Part shown: in pieces, positions 13,596-29,116 of the stretch
How positions within the stretch are numbered: the stretch's first letter is position 1
How the letters are laid out: each line of letters starts with the position of its first letter
Assembly: GCA_964035545.1 (NCBI GenBank)
Contig: OZ037770.1
Location: forward strand, 4,124,662-4,188,661
Direction: 5' to 3'
DNA: 64,000 nt
From: Bugula neritina
Lineage: Eukaryota; Animalia; Bryozoa
Notes under the pieces: model-generated
What the model was told of the DNA's origin: nothing
What the model saw: only the letters and a program-made list of their open reading frames with translations
The model's database searches: none
Position numbers and translations under genes: made by a program

Positions 13596-16500
13596 TGCTA
13601 TTTCCTACCCGGAAAAGTGGCGGGTAACGCCGTCACCTTCTTGCTAGACTCCGGTTGTACTACCAACCTTCTCAGTCGTAGAATCTTTGAGGCACTGCCT
13701 CGCCGGGACAGGGATAGAGTACGACCGTATATGGGAGAGCATGGCACCCTAGCGGACGGGTCGTGCCTTCCCTTCTACGGTATTATCGAGCTCCCTGGGC
13801 GTGTCCGAGACCAGGCTGTACAAGAGACCTTTGTCATAAGCCAACTGGAGGAAAATGCTATCCTCGGAATGCTTTTCTTGAAGCAGCACCAACGCCGCAT
13901 AGACTTTAGCAAGTCGGCAGTGCTGATGGGCGGGCGAGAACTCGCCTGTGTGGATAAGTTTGGGCGTCCTCTGGTGGGCGGTGTTCAGGTAGTCCGAAAC
14001 TGCACTGTACCCGGACGCTCCAGAGCCACTATCTACTGCCCAGTGAACAGCAGCCGGATAGCAAGACTCGGGGTCGTTGAAAGCGCGCACGAAAGGATCC
14101 AACTCGCCAGTAGTTTAAACCGACTAACTGAGCGAGGGGAGATCTTAGTGCAGTGTGTCAACCCCTTTACCAAGCCCATCGAGCTTTTAGCTGGGTCAAT
14201 GCTGGGCCGGTTCCACTCCGTCCAGGAAGAGGACGTGGGCCCATCGCTGGGTGATGCGACGGAGGCACCCCCTCGGCACCCTACTCAAAAGAGAGGGGTG
14301 GTCCCAACACATGTCCGGGAGTTATATGAGACAGCCTGTGGTGGCTGCGCGAGCAACCAGGAACGCCAAGTTATGGCGAGGTTGCTACGCGACTACGGTG
14401 ATGTGTTCAGCAGCGGAGATCATGACGTGGGGCTGACTGGAGTTGTCAGACACGAAACACCGCTGACTGCAGGGACGACCCCTGTCCGGCAACCCACACG
14501 AAGGCTGGGCCCGGAGAAAGAGAAGGAGGTTAGCCGACAAGTACGGGATCTTCTGGACCGGGGACTCATAGAGCCCGCCCGTAGTGCGTGGAGCTCGCCG
14601 GTCGTACTGGTCCGGAAGAAAGACAGCAGTTGGCGGTTCTGTGTGGATTACCGCAAACTCAATAGCGTAACCATACAGGACGCCTACCCTCTACCTCGTA
14701 TTGACGAGTCATTGGACGCCCTTGCCGGCAGCAAGTACTTCAGTACGTTAGACTTGCTGAGTGGCTACTGGCAAGTTCCTCTGAGTCCCGACGCCCAGGA
14801 GAAAGCGGCGTTTATCACACGGGACGGTTTGTGGAAGTGGAAGGTGTTGTCTTTCGGGTTTCTCTCCGCCCCAGCCACCTTCCAGAGGCTGATGGAGCAA
14901 GTCCTCAGTGGGCTCCATTGGAAGACACTGCTGATCTACCTCGATGATGTCATCGTGAACTCTCCAGACTTTGAGACGCATGTCAGTTGTCTGCAGAAGG
15001 TCTTCAAGAGACTCTGAGGTGCCGGTCTTAAGCTCACACAGTTAGTTTAATGTCATTACTTTCCAGAATCAGGCACTGCTTTATGTTATATATAAACGGT
15101 TTCCAGGGGATAGCTCGAACAGTTTTTGTCTCACATTAACAAATTTTACATGAAAAGATAGCTCTTGCATTCTTCTTTCATATACTTTTTTAATTTTTCA
15201 ATAAAAAATTTTCTGAGAAAGTTGTTGCATAATAAGTAAAATTTTACACCCTCCATGTTCCACTGCTGTAGCACAGGGGATTCATTTTATATAGTCTAAA
15301 AGTTAAACTTGACATTCCTTGATATGTTTTCTCTAATATAATTTCTTTGTTTTTTGAAATTCTGTTTATGCTCTTCACAATTTGGTAAAAACATACACCA
15401 TTTTGCAAGTTTCACTGCAATTTTCTAAATTCTTCATATGGTGGTTCTAGCTACGCTCCTGTGACTAATTATAACATTCCTAGTACGTTTGCCGCTCTGC
15501 GCGCTATCACAATAACATATAGTACCCTCTCGCACAAATTGGCAATCTATTGGATTTCTGCCAATATAATGTTCCCTGTTTTACATTAGCGCTTAGCTGA
15601 ATCATCTCACTATGTTACAATAATATATTGAAAATGCCTCAGCACAACATAATTCTTTGTTTGTTTGGCAGAGTTAATTTCAGCTAAATCACTTCACTTT
15701 GCAGTCTTGTCAGTAAAGGTCTGTCTATAGCGCAGCAGGTGTACTTTCAGTTTCTCTAATTCACATATAATTATTTTAAGTACATTGTATTCTATAAGAT
15801 CAATTTAAGGTTTAGTCCAGTGTTCAGTATCTAATTATTATGCATGTATGTTGTCTTACTGTTGAACAAAAGTTAAAAAAAACTTTACAATTATAGCCAT
15901 ATTTATTATACATGCGTAGGATTTGCATAAGTTGACAAAAAAATTGCAACAAAACAGGGTTGAACCATGACCAACCAACTCGTCACTGACGCCTCTTACC
16001 TCTGGACCACGCTGTCATCGTTTATGAACCGCGCACTATATGAGTAACTATCATTACATAAATATTTCGCGCGCAAATGGGTTATAATTATTAGGCTGTC
16101 AATTCATGTTGATAGCGGTCAACTGTTGCAATAGTCTCGGGTTACTAGCAAAGCTAATGGTTTTGAACAAATAACCCAAAAGTTTAAAAATAGTAGCTTG
16201 CAATATATTACTAGCTACAAAAACAGGTCTGAAATAGACTGGTAAAGCAAGCTCTTATTGTAGAGTTTGCAGATGTGCTCTAAAATAAAACTTAAACTGT
16301 AAGCTATTACATAAGTATTTGTATGCGAGAGATAAATGGACATTACTGAGTTTCTGGAAAACAACATACTTGAAGTTAACTTTGACAATGGTGTGTTATT
16401 TTCATCATAGCTAGCCTATAGCATAAATCTCTAATCATATGAATCTTTATGAAGCCCACAGCTCATGTAAGGGTGGCAATGTAATTTGAAACGAACAATT

Positions 16501-19500
16501 ATGTTGCTGCATTGTGTCTAAGGTATACTAGAGAGCAGAATTTGGTTTTACTAGCCTACCCCAACGGCATTCTACAATGCAGCTTATATGCTGGCAGTTG
16601 TAATAAGTACTGCCAATAGCAAGGTTACTATCACTGCTAGCTCTGTGCAGTATGTAACCTCTTGAATAATTGCGCCAATTTTAAACTCTTGGAAGTTGGC
16701 CAAGTTATCATATCGCAGCCAGCCACCGGAGACAAAGCATCAGAGCTATTCACATAATATTATACTGATGCACTTGGTAGCAGAGTGGCTAATCTAATAT
16801 AGTTCATAGTTCAACACCCTTTACTTTGGGAATACAGCCTCTTTTTTTAGGTTTACCTTACAAAGCATGAAAATATCTAAATTGATATTCTGATAATTTA
16901 GAGTTACATTTTGAAAACTAGGTTAATTGCACTTGTTTGCACAACAACAATAATAAAATAGATATTATGCAGTATAATAAAAACACACATAATACTATAT
17001 AATAAATTATAATGATAATAATATAATATTATAAGTACCATTACTGCATTTTATAAATCACATGGTTGCCAAAAAAATGTATCACAAATTTTGTAATTAT
17101 ACATCAAAAATAGAACTAGCTAGGCAGCAGGTTAGAATAGAGTAAATTTTTAAAACATGAAATCATGATTTGACTATTGTTTTATTTAGGCCAACCAACC
17201 TAGGAATACAAGATTGGGTTTTAGCTGACAGTTTATAACATTTAGCTTTTGAGCCAGCAGCACTGGCACTTGTGAAGTATGGGCAAAGTTAGTGAAGCGA
17301 GACTAACAAGCACTCAAATACAAGGCATATTGAGACACAATAACAAGTCAGGAGCGTATAAATTGAAAAGAATGTGGAAGGGGGACTATGTTTTTCAACA
17401 AGCTATAACTTAAACATGAATTGGCTTTTGAAAAAAATTAAAAAGTATATTGGAGAACATAAGTTTCTTTATCTTTTCATATTTTTTTTGTTCCTGTGAC
17501 ATTCAACCTGTTCGAGCTATCAGTGGAACATTGTTCATATAGAACATAAAGCACCTGGCAAAGAGCCAGAAAATGAAAAGTATGACCTTAAACTAACTGT
17601 GCAAACCTTCCAAGTGCGCTCTATTGCAGCCGGAGGTCAAGTACCTGGGGCACGTTGTCAGTCGAAACGGCGTGGCAACGGATCCCGAAAAGGTACGGGC
17701 GATAGAAGACTGGGTCACCCCCAAAGACTTGACCGGACTCCGGGCTTTCTTGGGGCTGGTAGGGTATTACAGGCAATACATACCAGACTTTGCGGGCATA
17801 GCACAGCCGTTAAACCGTCTCACCGCAAAGGGAGTGACGTGGCAGTGGACCCCAGTCGAACAAGGAGCGTTCGACCGCCTCAAGGGCTGCCTACTAACGG
17901 CGCCCATCTTGGCCTACCCAGACCCCACTCTGGAGTACATCCTCGACACTGACGCCAGTGACCAAAATGTTGGCGCTGTGCTGTCTCAAGTGCAGGAAGG
18001 CCGAGAGGTAGTAGTAGCCTACTACATCAAGTCTCTCTCACCCACTGAACGAAATTACTGCACTACCTGCAAGGAGCAGCTGGCAGTAATCAAGTCAGTG
18101 AAGCACTTTAGACCATACTTATACGGCAGGAAGTTCCGGCTGCGTACGGATCACGCCTCGCTGATCTGATTGTGCAAGAGAGCAGAGCCCTCCAGTCAGG
18201 TCACCCGGTGGCTTGAAATCCTAGCTGAATTCGCGTACCGGATCGAACATCGACCGGGCAAGAGGCACAGCAACGCGGATGGTTTGAGCTGCCGACCTGA
18301 TGGAGGTTGCAAACAGTGTCTCAACATCGAGAAGAGGGACGGAGGTCCCCCGCGATGTGAGTTGGAGACGTTGGCTCACCACGGAGCACCGTTTGACTGG
18401 GACCGGGGTCAACTCAGGCAGAAAGTTGACGAGTCCCCGGAGGTTGTACAAAACCTCCGCGCCAATCCTGTACTGGCCGATAATGTCTGAGAGCTGAAGA
18501 AGCTCCAAGAAGAGCTGCCTGGGGTAGTGGCAGACATATATCGGGCCAAGAAGGAAGGGCGACGACCCAGCGAGGAACGCATATGCCAGGGATGCGCCGA
18601 GTTCCGGCTATACTGTCAGCGTTGGGACTCGCTGCGAATCGGGCAGGATGGTTTACTGACCATCTTTCTAGCTGCCAGCGGCAGACACCCGGAGAGGAAG
18701 AGGGTGGTCTGTCCCACTGCCATCCGCCGTGAGCTGATTTGGGACACTCACAAACAGGCCCACGCAGGGGTCAAGAGAGTGATCTCCAAATTACGACTCC
18801 GGTGGTATTGGCCACAAATGGAGCGGGACGTCCGACTCAGAGTCAAACAGTGTGAGATCTGCCAGGCCAGTAAGCATGGCCGTCTCCCTGGTGAAGCGGG
18901 ACAGAGGAGGCTATATGCTGGAAGGCCTTGGCAAGTAGTTGCTGTAGACCTGGTCGGACCCATGCTCCAAACACCCAGAGGCAATAGTTGGATCCTAGTA
19001 TTGACCGACCACTTCACAAGTTGGGCGGACGCTCTGGCCATCCCAGACGCGTCAGCCCCAACAGTGGCCAGGGTACTAGACCAACATGTATTCTGTTATT
19101 TCGGTCTCCCCGAACAGATACACTCTGATCAAGGCGCTTAGTTCCAGTCTCAACTGATGAGCGACCTTTGCCGCCTCTGGGGAGTAAATCAGAGCAGGAC
19201 CACCCCCTACCACCCCCAAGGTAATGGGGTGGTGGAGCGCAACAACCGGATGCTAGGTGATGCGCTCCGGAGTCTCCTCCTTGGACGCAGCCAAGAGGAA
19301 TGGGACACGGTGTTGCTGCAGGTCATGCGTGTCTACCGTAGCACCCCACACACCAGTACTGGTGAGACCCTAAACCTCTTGATGCTCGGGAGAGAGACCT
19401 GGGTTCCTGACCATCTTACCTACCACGTTCCAGAGCAAGACAACTCGGTTCACGAGTATGCCAGTGAACTAGTGGAACAGATGAAGGCCGCACATGAAAT

Positions 19501-19867
19501 GCTGCGCAAACAGCAGTGGAAGGTGCGACACGAAGATTCCGAGGAACCACCCGTCTACCAAACGGGAGATAAGGTGTGGATGGTCAATTACCGTAGGCGT
19601 CGTGGACAGGCGGCTAAGTTACAGCCTAAGTTTCTGGGACCCTACATGATTGTCGAGGCTATGCCCAACCATACGTACGAGATTGAGCGCTCAGGACAGG
19701 TGTCTATCCAGAATGAGTCTTGCTTGAAGCTGTATTGGGCTAGCCCCGACGCAGTGGGAGAAGCCCCCCCCCGTTGTTGGAGCCCAGGAGGCAGACAACA
19801 ACACGCGGGCGACGGCGGCATGGATCTGAATATGAAGTGGTCATACCGCGAGAGGAAGACTTGGTGA
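13596..19867 (+). pseudogene. pol: Gypsy pol (protease, RT, RNase H, integrase), broken by stops and a 2.56-kb insertion
   Basis: LLDSG protease; RFCVDYRKLN, LDLLSGYWQ and YLDD RT; LDTDAS RNase H; H-H-C-C zinc finger; DLVGP/HSDQG/ERNNR integrase; GPY. In-frame stops near 15015, 18167, 18488 and 19139. Confidence 0.95.
15037..17601. mobile_element. Non-autonomous CAC-terminal DNA transposon (CMC/EnSpm-like) inserted in Gypsy RT
   Basis: Termini CACAGTTAGTTT...AAACTAACTGTG with 2-bp TSD CA. Removing it restores CTT AAG CTC AAA CCT TCC AAG TGC (LKLKPSKC). Confidence 0.85.
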
Positions 19868-20447
19868 GAGAAGAGTGACAGCTTTTGCCAACAAAAGCAC
19901 GTCCGCCGCCGCCAAGTCTGATTCCATCATTTCCAGAAACCGAGCCGGTTCCAGAAGTGCAAACCCCCACGGAGGGAGGGGCTCCATCCGGAGAACAAGA
20001 AGAAGTGACCGCTAACGGTGAAGTAGAGACGCCATTAGAGGCCCCTGCTAATAAACCGGCGAGCGTGTCACCCCCCCTAGAACGGGGACAGTGTACAAGA
20101 AAACCTCCACCATATTTAAAAGACTTCGTATGTGACTGCATTAGAAGCGGCACGCATGAAAGTCTAGGGGAAAACCGTACGGGGAAATGTTAGAGTTGTG
20201 AACCCCACGCAAATATCAACTTTTGCGAGGGCGGAGTAGTGGGAGGAATTAATGCGCATAAAGCAAATAGTTCCGACCTCGTGCCTCAGAAACGATGCCC
20301 AGCCTTTTTTTACGCTGACATCGCCAAGGGCAGACGTACTTCACAATTAGCTCCAACCTTACCAAGAACAATGAGTATAGACGCTAATACCGAGTTCACA
20401 GGTAACCCAGTATAAGTTTTGTATTCCTATCCATAAAAACAGGCTCG

Positions 20448-21509
20448 ATGCCAGTAAATTCTGAGCTAATTCATCAGATTGAATCAGAATTACTGGGGAC
20501 CACGTTTCACGTGAGTGACGACGAGGACACTGTAATGGCCGACGGTCTGTTAGACCTGGAGCTAGACACTGTTCTTAGTCAGTCCACACATGATTCACTG
20601 GTCTCTCGAGTGCATTCTAAAAGTTGTGACTCTCAGACTAGTAACAGTCGACAGTCACTAGAATTATGTTGTGAAGATCCACTGCGATCTGACAATAATT
20701 CTACTTTTGTAGACACACTCGCGCCCGTCTCTCCGGGCATGCCTTCCCTAGAGATGGCGTGGGACCCAGAGCCGGCCCCACCAACTTCCACAACCAGACA
20801 ACTGCCACCCCAGCTAAAAGCAACCTCTAACTGGACTACCCCTGCCACAGAGACAGAAATTAAGAAATATAGAGGGGATGACAATACCCGCGAATGCCAG
20901 CTATGTCAACAGCGGTTCACAACTCATCGTAGATTAAGAGTCCACTTGCCGCAGCATTTTATCACAACGTTCTGCCCCTGCGGGGAATATAGTGATCACC
21001 GAGACTATCTACTGCGTCATCAACGCACCATGCGTTGCTTTCAGGGACATGTATACGACGTGGATAAATCATCTTACTCAGCATTTCTCGAAGCTATCAG
21101 ACCTCTCATCACCGACCCAGCTCGGCTATCTTGCCTGGAGCAAGGCTTTCCCTCCCCGAGACCCATCATCTCGGAACCCGTAGATAAACCTACGAAGTCA
21201 TCTAATTCCCCACCTCTCAGCCCCATACGTCAACCACATACACTCCCCCGTGTCGTACTACAGAGGATAGACACGAGGACGTACACACTTCCTCCCCACT
21301 CCCATCCGCAGAACGAAAAAGACACCGGCAGCAGCAGACTTTCTCCCACTCATCCCCTCTGGCCCGCAACCTATGAGAAGTAGAGACTAGGGCAAACGAA
21401 CTGGAACAAGAGGTCTACAGACTGGCCCCCCACATTCATGCCGCATCCAGTGAGCTCCGGTCGCTACAGGAGTCTATCAAACGTATGAAACGAGCAGCCC
21501 AGGTTTAAC
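20448..21509 (+). CDS. Gypsy accessory ORF3 with two C2H2-like zinc fingers and a C-terminal coiled coil (frameshifted near 21300-21380)
   Basis: CQLCQQRFTTHRRLRVHLPQH and FCPCGEYSDHRDYLLRHQR; lies between integrase and the 3' LTR. Confidence 0.7.
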
Positions 21510-23402
21510 ATGAGTGCCCTCTCCAGCCTCCCACCTCACTCCTCTACTACCTCTCTGTGGCATTCCCTACCGTTACTGTGGCATGTAGTCTACCTGTAGA
21601 TAAGACTTACTAATTACCTAGTGTCATTCATTGTGTATATATTTTTTTTATACATATATATATATATATATATCTAACTAGATTGGTTCCTGTATGTACA
21701 TTTTACATCTTTTCTCTCATTAGTCCACTGATGTACCTAGTTACTCGTGAATTATATTTTATATATCAGAAAGAGGGCTTTCTGCTGGTGGGGGCGGTGT
21801 GGTGGCTCGAGGAGCTACCAACAGCACAATACGCAAGGTCGCGTATTGACCTGGAACTATGTACTCAGCCAATTAGCGAAGCTGCTAATGAGTAGCAGTA
21901 GTTAGCTTCGCGCTACTAGCCAGTTGAGAATAGTGCAGTAAATTAAATAGACGTGTGACTTGTTAACTGTGATTATATCATTTTTATTATGTATATTATT
22001 GTACTTAAAATATAACGATATCAACTCGACTTATCCTGGTGAAGTTCTCTAGCAGCAAATAGACTCTCTTGGTTACACATCAACCCTAATTCTGAAAAAA
22101 ATAACAATGTATACTTATATACTAGTATATACAGACTGGTATACCCAAAACCTTGTATACTGCCATGCAAAGATAATTTCAGAAGTTACTCTACGATGCA
22201 GCTTCAGCTCTCAGCAAGCAGCAGATATATAAATTAACAGAAATTATTACAAGTAAAGGAAACAACCTCCAAACTGAAACAAGGAACTCTACTTTGAAAT
22301 GCTAGATGTATGCCAATCAAACTGCAACATCTTAAACCGATTAGAAAATTTTGCTAGAAGTGGGACAACTTTGAACATCTTCAGGACTAATGTTTAGTTG
22401 ACTGAGTTTTAGATATACTTACTACTATACTAGATTATATGGCATAAGTTTCATTTTTAAACAATGAAAATTCAACAATGAGCTGAAAATAAAAGTTATG
22501 TCATAACTTAATGTAGTGAATTCCAAAGTACAAATTAGTTATAACTCGAAACTAAATATGGCTGTAATTAGATTACTCATGATAAATATATTATTCATCA
22601 TGTTTTTGAAACTTTGTGAGAAAAGTTCTGTAGTGTTCAGTGATGAGCACATCATACTAGTTGTGTTCAGTTTTATTATTCAGCGCAGGTAAGATTTCAC
22701 ACAGCTTCTATATGCTTCTTTATACGTAGGCCTATAATATACTTCATATTTTATTATGTTAAATTTGTCCTAATAATTATGTTGTTTATGCATGCACAAA
22801 TAGGTAACTTGACAGATTAATAGATATACATACACAACTGCACTCATTGAAGGGACAGTTACTATATATGAGCTTCTTTTTCTTTTTCATATTTTAATAT
22901 GCTGTCATTGCCTATAAGAAATGAAAAATATATTTTGTTTAAATATTGTATTACCTTTTGATAAAACCTGATCTGTTTCTTTTTTGTTAGGGTTATCTTC
23001 TCAAAACAAAGATGCAGACGTCCCAAAAGAGTCTTCAAAATAGATAACTCAAGCCAGACATCAGAAGATTTTATCATATCCGGAGCAGAAAATCTACAAA
23101 ATTCACCTGATAAGAAGAAATATGTGCAACAACAAGCACATGTATAGAAACTTGGTAGAGAAGTTGGATAGTATCAGCCCTGAGATGCTAGATGACGCAG
23201 AAGAAAAGCTAAAGGTAGCAGAGAACAAACTTAAAGAGTTGGCAAACGTTATAAGACTATTTGACAACACTTGGGATAACTTATTTAACAAAGATGAAAA
23301 GATGGTGGAAGGCTTCACAGATGACTTTGGCTCCTTAAGCTCAGAAACTACAAAGAGTAATCTAAACTCTGGAAACTCACAATAACCTACAAATAGAACT
23401 GG

Positions 23403-23905
23403 TGTTGTGAAATTGTGCTTTACTGCAATCACTGGGTCTATTTAATGAATGCCACTACGCCAGGTTTACTAATTGCTAAGAGTTTATTTACTTCAAATTA
23501 CATGCATAAAAGAATAACACAAACTAACACAAAACGATTACATAAATGAGAGCTAACTGTACACAACTTCACGCTAACAAGTCCAAGTCCTCTCTGCTGG
23601 TCATGCTGCCTATAACTGGCTTCCACTACAGTCAGCAGCTACGCCTTCTAATTAACAGGTCAGTCCTCATTGATTGGCCAAGACAATCAGGACACCCAAG
23701 TAACATGACACCAGCTGCATCACTCCACTGTCGGCGAGAAGTATCCTTTCAATACAAATACAAAATACTAAAATCTACTAAATACAATTATTAATACAAT
23801 TACCACACTATGAAAAACGCTTACACTCTCCCTTCCTATCGAAAGGTACTGCTCTGAGAAAAACAATATAAGAAATATAAAATAATACAAGGGTAACACA
23901 ATCAG
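23403..23905 (-). mobile_element. 3' end of another LTR retrotransposon (LTR about 23403-23720, PPT and 3' internal region)
   Basis: On the - strand, a PPT-like CGCCGACAGTGGAGTGA precedes TGCAGC.., with AATAAA inside the putative LTR. Boundaries are approximate. Confidence 0.45.
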
Positions 23906-24702
23906 AATATGGAAAATCCACAATTACAGGGGCGATGAAGGTAACACTGTTTGTCGGCTCTGCCAACAACACTTCACCACCCACCGCCGGCTGTGGGTAC
24001 ACCTCCCACAGCACTCCGTTACCACCTTCTGTCCCTGTGGGGAGTTTAGCTACTACAGGGACTATATACTAAGGCACCAACGTACCATGAATTGTTTCCA
24101 AAGAAATCTATTTGAGGTGGATGAAGCCTCCTACCTCACATTCCTCAATCTCATACGACCGTTCATCTCAGACTCCGCTCGGCTAGAGCGTCTTAACCAG
24201 GGATTTTCTGCGATCACCGGCCCATCACCCCTGTACCCACTACGAAGCCTCCCAGATATCTGCAGAACTCCCCTTGATCTATCCCTCGTGTCTTACTACA
24301 ATGCATCAAAATAAGTCTTACAAACTTCCTCCTTTTTCCCCTCCTACAGACCGAAAAAGACGGTGGCAGCAACCCTCCCCTCCACGTTCCTCAGCGCTGG
24401 CCCGCAACTTGCGGGAAGTAGAACTTAGAGCCAACAAACTCGAACAGGAGGCACATCGGCTTGCTCCTAGGGTTAAAGAGGCAGCAAGTGAGTTATGATC
24501 ACTAGAAGAGTCCATAGCCCAGCTCAAACAAGCCGTCAAAGATTAATATAGTATTCACCAACCCGCCACGAACCCCCTACTCAGGGTGACCTGCTCCCCT
24601 CCATGACAAACTGATGCTCAATAGGTGATATCGGAATATAACTGTACATATGGTAGACAATCACTATGGTTCTTTGTTTTATTATTTATATATATATATA
24701 TA

Positions 24703-28280
<3,578 letters not shown>

Positions 28281-29116
28281 GTGTGTCTCGATGGATGTCA
28301 TTTTCTTTTTATATATAAGTTTTTTTTGGATAAACACCTTTTGTAAAATTGCCTTAGTTAGCTTTGTTTTTATATATATAATAGTTTTTTTATAGTACGC
28401 TTCTCTTCCACTCTAGGTTTAGCAGGAAGTACGCTCCCTGCTGGAGGGGACGGTGTAGTGGCCAACGAAGCATACTAGTTATACACATGCATTAAAGCCA
28501 ATCATATGGAAGCACGTGATTACCCCCGGCGAAGCAGAATACTTTCGGACAGTTTTTATATAGTTACAGTTGAGAGTAGTATGTGAAAATAGATAGTAGA
28601 CCTGTGAATGTGTTATAGAATTTGAAAGTATTTCTATTATTACTTGTATTAATATAAAAGCAAACATTCTAACATAATATAATTGAATAAAATTTATTGA
28701 TAAAATATCAAGAGGAAACTTTGATATACTAGCAAGCTAGTTGATATAATAATATTGATAACATGGCAGTTAAAACATGTGCTTGAGACTTGACCTAGTC
28801 ATAACTTAGTGTCACATCAAAGTAGAAAGAATAATAAACTTGGCTAAATAAAAGGTGTGATATAAATAGGGGTTGTTGGTGTTTAAAAAATCATAAAATC
28901 AACTGTTACAATATATTGATAATAAATATTATAACGTGACATTCTATATACTGTAGGTACAATTAAAGTACAGTAGTTAAAAGTCTTTGCTAGATAATAT
29001 GGCTGTCAAGTAATAATAAACAAGTCTCACAAACTCACTCTATGTTTCAAGTCAATAATCTTCAATAATTGAATTAAGCTTTGTGCAGCTTCAAATTTGA
29101 GTTGTGTACCGGGTAC

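Larger units (their letters stand above)
12100..22106 (+). mobile_element. Full-length Ty3/Gypsy LTR retrotransposon (decayed, with nested insertion)
   Basis: LTRs 12100-12406 and 21798-22106 (TG...CA, highly similar); 4-bp TSD ATGT; PBS TGGTGGCAGCGGTGGGAT at 12408 (tRNA-Leu-like); PPT before 21798; gene order gag-PR-RT-RH-IN. Confidence 0.97.
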
